From assembly GCA_040400605.1 (NCBI GenBank), contig JBBAPZ010000015.1, forward strand, positions 1 through 64,000: a stretch of 64,000 nucleotides of DNA, written 5' to 3'. The DNA comes from Candidatus Sericytochromatia bacterium (GTDB lineage Bacteria > Cyanobacteriota > Sericytochromatia > S15B-MN24 > JAQBPE01). The notes beneath the pieces are model-generated. The model searched no databases. It worked only from the letters and a program-made list of their open reading frames with translations, and was not told the origin of the DNA. The translations under genes were made by a program, and so were the position numbers. This document shows, in pieces, positions 59,526-64,000 of this stretch. The number at the start of each line of letters is the position of its first letter. The stretch's first letter is position 1.

Positions 59526-59963
59526 TTGGGTGCACAAGGGGTGCTGGAACAGATATTTGGCAACACCGATGTTTACGCGGAAGCGTTGGATGGATTGTCG
59601 TTGCGTCAAAAAGCGCTCGCACAGAATGTCGCAAACGTGGATACGCCGGGATACAAGCGGTTTGACGTGGCATACGAAGGCCAGTTGCGCCGGCGATTCG
59701 AGAAAGACGCGGGGGAACAATCGGAAATAGCGGCGGACCTGCGGGTGGGCAATGAGCGGCACTTTACGCTTGGGCCGCTAGGTGGTGGCGGGGCGTCGAT
59801 TCAGCGTGTGGATCGGCAAGTGTATCGCAACGACCAGAACAACGTAGACATCGAGCAGGAAATGGCCCGTCTGGCGGAGACGACGATGCGCTTCAACACG
59901 ATGGCAACGTTAACCCGTAACAAATTCGATGGTTTGAAGACGTTGATCAGGGAGATCCGCTAA
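59526..59963 (+). CDS. flgB: Rod protein FlgB
   Basis: RQ..LAQNVANVDTPGYK, RNDQNNVDIE.EM. Start may instead be GTG at 59541. Confidence 0.95.
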   Translation: MGAQGVLEQIFGNTDVYAEALDGLSLRQKALAQNVANVDTPGYKRFDVAYEGQLRRRFEKDAGEQSEIAADLRVGNERHFTLGPLGGGGASIQRVDRQVYRNDQNNVDIEQEMARLAETTMRFNTMATLTRNKFDGLKTLIREIR

Positions 59964-60386
59964 ATGAGCTTCTTTGATGCGCTAGGTGCATCCGCGTCGG
60001 CTTTGAGCGCCCAGCGTCTGCGGATGGATGTCATCTCAAACAATTTGGCCAACGCCAATAGCACGCGCACGCAAGAAGGTGGTGCGTATCGCCGTCAGAT
60101 GGTTGTTTTCGAATCGCGCGGCGGGCAACCGCAGGCGATGGATGGTGATGGTCGCGCGGCGCCGTTGGGGGTAAAAGTGGCGCAGATCATCGAAGATCAA
60201 TCCCCCTTTCGCATGGTTCATGACCCTGAGCACCCGGATGCCAACGCGGAAGGCTATGTGGCAATGCCGAATGTGAACACGATTCAGGAAATGACCGATA
60301 TGATCTCCGCAACCCGGGCATATGAAGCCAACGTCACTGTCATCAATTCGGTGAAAGGCATGGCGGCCAAGGCACTCGAAATTTAG
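59964..60386 (+). CDS. flgC: Rod protein FlgC
   Basis: SAL.AQR.RMDVISNNLAN, DP.HPDA...GYV.MPNVN, RAYEAN motifs. Confidence 0.97.
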   Translation: MSFFDALGASASALSAQRLRMDVISNNLANANSTRTQEGGAYRRQMVVFESRGGQPQAMDGDGRAAPLGVKVAQIIEDQSPFRMVHDPEHPDANAEGYVAMPNVNTIQEMTDMISATRAYEANVTVINSVKGMAAKALEI

Positions 60387-60397
60387 AGGAGCGATTT

Positions 60398-60913
60398 GTG
60401 AATCCATCTGCCGTCAGTGGCTTGACCGGTCTTAAGCTGCCTGTACCCCCTTCGCTTTCGTCTGGGGCCTTGGGGGCTGGCGCGGGGTCGTTTGGAAGTA
60501 TGTATGATGCGATGGTTCAGGGTTCTGGGCCACAGGACCCTGAACGGCTGAAGCTGCCGACGCGGATGGAGGTTGCGCCGTTGTGGGAGACGCAACCGGG
60601 CATGGCGCCGATGCGGGAGCAAGATGCATTGGGGTCGCGGGAGTTTCCGGGTGCTGTTGCGCCCAGTGCAGGCGCTTCGTCGTCTGAAACGCCGCGTCAT
60701 TTGTTGACGCCATTTTCCGATGCGCTCAAGCAGGTGAATGCGTTGAGTGCCGATGCGGAGCGCATGGGTCGTATGGCGGCGGTGGGAGGCGATGTTGATC
60801 TTCACGATGTGATGATTGCCTCCGAGAAAGCTTCAGTGGCGATGTCATTAACGCTGCAGGTACGAAACAAGATGGTGGAAGCGTACCAAGAAGTTATGCG
60901 GATGCAGGTCTAG
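60398..60913 (+). CDS. fliE: FliE with a long N-terminal extension
   Basis: C-terminal DLHDVMIA.EKA...L.LQVRNK.VEAYQEVMRMQV. Confidence 0.93.
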   Translation: MNPSAVSGLTGLKLPVPPSLSSGALGAGAGSFGSMYDAMVQGSGPQDPERLKLPTRMEVAPLWETQPGMAPMREQDALGSREFPGAVAPSAGASSSETPRHLLTPFSDALKQVNALSADAERMGRMAAVGGDVDLHDVMIASEKASVAMSLTLQVRNKMVEAYQEVMRMQV

Positions 60914-60952
60914 TGCAGGGGGTTTGAGGGGCGCCGCGAATAGCCGACTACG

Positions 60953-62587
60953 ATGAATGAGTTCCTGAAACAATTGGTTGCAGACGCCACCCGCATCTGG
61001 CAACAGATGACCGGAGCCCAGCGTGCCATTTTGTTGGGAACGCTCGCGGTTACCCTCGCATTTGTTGTTTTTGTCGTCCTGTGGGCGCAACGCCCGGACT
61101 ATGTCGTGCTTTACAGCAAACTGGGCGACCAGGATGCGGGTGCGATCATCACGAAACTCAAGGAACGGGGCGTACCATATCAGCTTGAGGCGGACACCAT
61201 CAAGGTGCCGTCTAATGCGGTTCATGAAGTTCGTTTGAACCTGGCGAGCGCAGGTTTGCCCTCGGGGGGTACAGTCGGATTTCAGGAGTTGTTCAGTGGC
61301 AACGCCAACTGGACCGCCACGGATTTTGAGCGCCGCCTGAACTACCAACGGGGGCTTGAAGGCGAGCTTTCACGGACCATCGAGGCCATTCAGGGTGTCG
61401 AGAAGGCACGTGTGCACATCGTGATTCCCAAAGAATCGCTGTTCGTGGAAGATGAACAAGAGACCACGGCATCGGTTATGTTGACGTTGGAGCCGCTCGC
61501 GAAGCTGGAAGTGGCGCAGGTGCGTTCGGTGCAGCATATGGTTGCGAAGGCTGTGCCGCGCTTGAAGCAGGAGCAGGTGTTCATCACCGACACGGCGGGG
61601 CGGGATTACACCGAAGAACTGGCCAAGGCGTATCCGGGGGCGGTGGGTGGTACGGACCTGACGTCGCGTCAAATGGACATCAAGCGTCGGTATGAACGTG
61701 ATCTGGAGCGCCGGATCCAAGACATGTTGGACCCTGTGCTCGGTCAGGACAATTCAATCGTGCGGGTGTACACCAAGTGGGACTTTTCACAGACTGAAAC
61801 CAACGCGGAGATTTATACGCCGTCCCAAGGTGGTGCAAATGGTGGCATTTTGCTGTCAGAGAAATCCAAAAAGGAAAACTACAAAGGCGCAATGGGCGCA
61901 GATGGGGGTGCGCCGGGCAATACATCGAATGCGGACCCGACGTATATGGCCGCCCGTACAGGCAATGGGGATTACAACAACGAAGAGACCACCCGCAACT
62001 TCGATGTCAACAAAGAGGTGCAGCGGCGGGTCAAGGAGCCGGCGGTGCTGCAGGACACATCGGTTTCGATTGTTTTCAACCCGCCGCGTACGTTGAACGC
62101 GCAAGGAATTCGTGAACAAGAGACCAATTTGGCGCGAATGGTGGCGGCGGCAGCGGGCATTGAAAACGTGCAGCAAAAGGTGTCGGTCAAAGCGTTGCCA
62201 TTCAATAACACGGCGCGTCTGGCGGCCGAACGGGCGGCTTCGGAGGATGCGCGCTGGAATAACATCGTTCGCTACGGGACCTTGGCTGCGGCGTTGCTGT
62301 TGGGGCTTGTTGCACTGGTTCTGCTGCTTGCGACTTTCCGTCGGCGCCGCGCCGAGGATGCGCAGGAAATGGATGAGGTGTTGCCACGTTTGCCGGCGGA
62401 TGATTTGGGTATTACGTTATTGGATGAAGAGTTTGAGCTTGGCAGCGGCAGCTCCCGCCAGTCGTCGCCCGTACCACCGGAACAGGCGCGGTTGCAGGAA
62501 TTGCAAGAGGAGCTCAGCAGCTTCATCAAGAGCCAGCCCAAAGATGCCATCAAGCTGTTGCGGGCGTGGAAAGGTGAGGACGATTAA
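60953..62587 (+). CDS. fliF: MS-ring protein FliF
   Basis: Two TM segments; GFQELF, RGLEGEL.RTI, ARVHIV.P..SLF, TASV.L motifs. Confidence 0.95.
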   Translation: MNEFLKQLVADATRIWQQMTGAQRAILLGTLAVTLAFVVFVVLWAQRPDYVVLYSKLGDQDAGAIITKLKERGVPYQLEADTIKVPSNAVHEVRLNLASAGLPSGGTVGFQELFSGNANWTATDFERRLNYQRGLEGELSRTIEAIQGVEKARVHIVIPKESLFVEDEQETTASVMLTLEPLAKLEVAQVRSVQHMVAKAVPRLKQEQVFITDTAGRDYTEELAKAYPGAVGGTDLTSRQMDIKRRYERDLERRIQDMLDPVLGQDNSIVRVYTKWDFSQTETNAEIYTPSQGGANGGILLSEKSKKENYKGAMGADGGAPGNTSNADPTYMAARTGNGDYNNEETTRNFDVNKEVQRRVKEPAVLQDTSVSIVFNPPRTLNAQGIREQETNLARMVAAAAGIENVQQKVSVKALPFNNTARLAAERAASEDARWNNIVRYGTLAAALLLGLVALVLLLATFRRRRAEDAQEMDEVLPRLPADDLGITLLDEEFELGSGSSRQSSPVPPEQARLQELQEELSSFIKSQPKDAIKLLRAWKGEDD

Positions 62588-62590
62588 CGC

Positions 62591-63622
62591 GTGGCGCTTC
62601 ATGAGAAGAAGAAGACTTTCCAGCAGCTCACGGGTCGCGAAAAGTCTGCCATTTTGATGATCACCCTCGGGCATGAGGTGGCGTCAGAGATTTTGCGTGC
62701 CATCAGCGATGAGGAAGAGCTTGCCGAGCTGACCATGGAAATTGCCAATATGGGCAAGATTCAGCCGGATATTGCCAAAGCGGTTGTCGAAGAGTTTTAC
62801 GACCTTTACCGGGCAAGCATGTACATCACCAATGGGGGGGTGGAGTGGGCGCGTGAGGCGCTGGCGAAGGCGGTTGGCCCAGATCGTGCGGCGGATGTGC
62901 TGGCGCGGTTGTCAACGTCGCTGACCACGGTGCCTTTTGAGTTTGTGAGGCGCATTGACGCCAACCAATTGTTGGGTTTCATACAAAACGAGCATCCGCA
63001 GACCATTGCGTTGATTCTGGCGTATCTGAAGCCTGATCAGGCAGCCTTGATCATCGGTGGCCTGCCGCCCGAGGCGCAGGCGGACGTGGCGGGTCGCATT
63101 GCGTTGATGGATCGCACCTCCCCCACCATCATTCGGGAAGTCGAAAAGATACTGGAACGCAAGTTTTCCTCGGTGGTGTCGCAGGATTTCTTCAATGCGG
63201 GGGGCATCAAGAGTTTGGTCGAAGTGCTCAATCGGGCGGCGCGTTCGACGGAAAAGACCATTATCGAGAATTTGGAGGAGCAAAATCCCGAACTCGCCGA
63301 AGAGATCAAGAAGCTCATGTTCGTGTTCGAAGATATCATCTTGTTGGATGATCGCGGCATTCAACGGGTGCTTAAGGAAGTGGACAGCCGCGAGTTGGCC
63401 TTGGCGCTCAAAGCGGCCAACGAAGAAGTCAAAGCCAAGGTATTCAAGAACATGTCCGAGCGCATGTCAGCGATCATCAAAGACGAGTTGGAGTTTATGG
63501 GTCCGGTGCGGCTGCGGGACATCGAAGAAGTCCAGCAAAAAATTGTGGCGCAGATCCGCAAGCTCGAAGAAATGGGCGAAATCATCATTGGTCGCGGTGG
63601 TCAAGACGAACTCGTAATGTAA
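62591..63622 (+). CDS. fliG: Motor switch protein FliG
   Basis: GGVE, EHPQTIALIL, MFVFEDI, NMSER, MGPVRL motifs. Confidence 0.97.
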   Translation: MALHEKKKTFQQLTGREKSAILMITLGHEVASEILRAISDEEELAELTMEIANMGKIQPDIAKAVVEEFYDLYRASMYITNGGVEWAREALAKAVGPDRAADVLARLSTSLTTVPFEFVRRIDANQLLGFIQNEHPQTIALILAYLKPDQAALIIGGLPPEAQADVAGRIALMDRTSPTIIREVEKILERKFSSVVSQDFFNAGGIKSLVEVLNRAARSTEKTIIENLEEQNPELAEEIKKLMFVFEDIILLDDRGIQRVLKEVDSRELALALKAANEEVKAKVFKNMSERMSAIIKDELEFMGPVRLRDIEEVQQKIVAQIRKLEEMGEIIIGRGGQDELVM

Positions 63623-63634
63623 GGATGAACGATC

Positions 63635-64000
63635 TTGGCGCCCAAAATCATCAAATCGGCCAAGTTTGAAGATGGTTCCTATGCCATCCAGGCGCCACGC
63701 ATGGGCGTGGCGGAACAATCCCTTGAAGCGGATGTATCGGTCGCCTCACCGTCAGACGCGCAGGGCATCATACAAAATGCGCACATGGAAGCGGCCCTGA
63801 TCATTCAAGACGCGCAGGGCCTCGCGGAAGTAATGCTCCAGCAGGCCCGTTCAAAGGCACAACAAGAGGCCAACCACGTCAGTGAACAGGCCCGCGAGCA
63901 GGCCGCGGCGGAGGGCTATGAAGTGGGAATTGAGCGGGGTAGACAAGAAGCGAACGTTCAGATCGCCAAGCAACTGGCCGCGCTGCAACAGGCCGACAAA
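63635..64000 (+). CDS. fliH: FliH (partial, runs off the window)
   Basis: Open frame from TTG (LAPKIIKS...) with AxxxA runs and EGYEVGIERG GxxxG repeats; follows fliG. Confidence 0.85.
   Translation, partial: MAPKIIKSAKFEDGSYAIQAPRMGVAEQSLEADVSVASPSDAQGIIQNAHMEAALIIQDAQGLAEVMLQQARSKAQQEANHVSEQAREQAAAEGYEVGIERGRQEANVQIAKQLAALQQADK

Noticed and set aside
1..64000. CRISPR arrays, tRNA/rRNA genes, IS elements or prophage
   Set aside because: No regularly spaced repeats, RNA gene signatures, transposase or phage genes recognised.

Overview
A roughly 60% GC bacterial window dominated by a Firmicutes-style flagellar gene set. It holds two short flagellins with glycosyltransferases, fliJ-fliK-flgD-flgE-flbD-motAB-fliL-fliM-fliY-fliO-fliPQR-flhB on the minus strand, flhA, and flaG-fliS-fliT-flgBC-fliEFGH on the plus strand. 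Housekeeping genes are interleaved (tdk, trmFO, split transketolase, topA, pepF, crp-like, cbpA, SRP RNA, htrA, rmlACB, polA), along with a small toxin-antitoxin islet. The most unusual element is at 18088-24947: a second, divergent flagellum-derived type III export module. It has its own FliO/P/Q/R, with the FliP MMM gate changed to MQQ; three SpoA-domain genes, including a polytopic membrane protein fused to a SpoA domain and a FliM-like protein lacking the CheY-binding peptide; and a divergently transcribed FlgD-like cap plus an atypical FlgE-like axial protein. Other notable signals: at least 33 copies (counted by eye) of the cyanobacterial HIP1 octamer GCGATCGC in a flagellated genome, which hints at a non-photosynthetic cyanobacterial relative; CsrA-type leaders on both flagellins; sigma28-type promoters before hook genes but not before the flagellins; and a eukaryote-like LIM-domain/DA1 peptidase. 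All calls come from reading the sequence and recalling motifs; no database searches were run, and start codons are best guesses.
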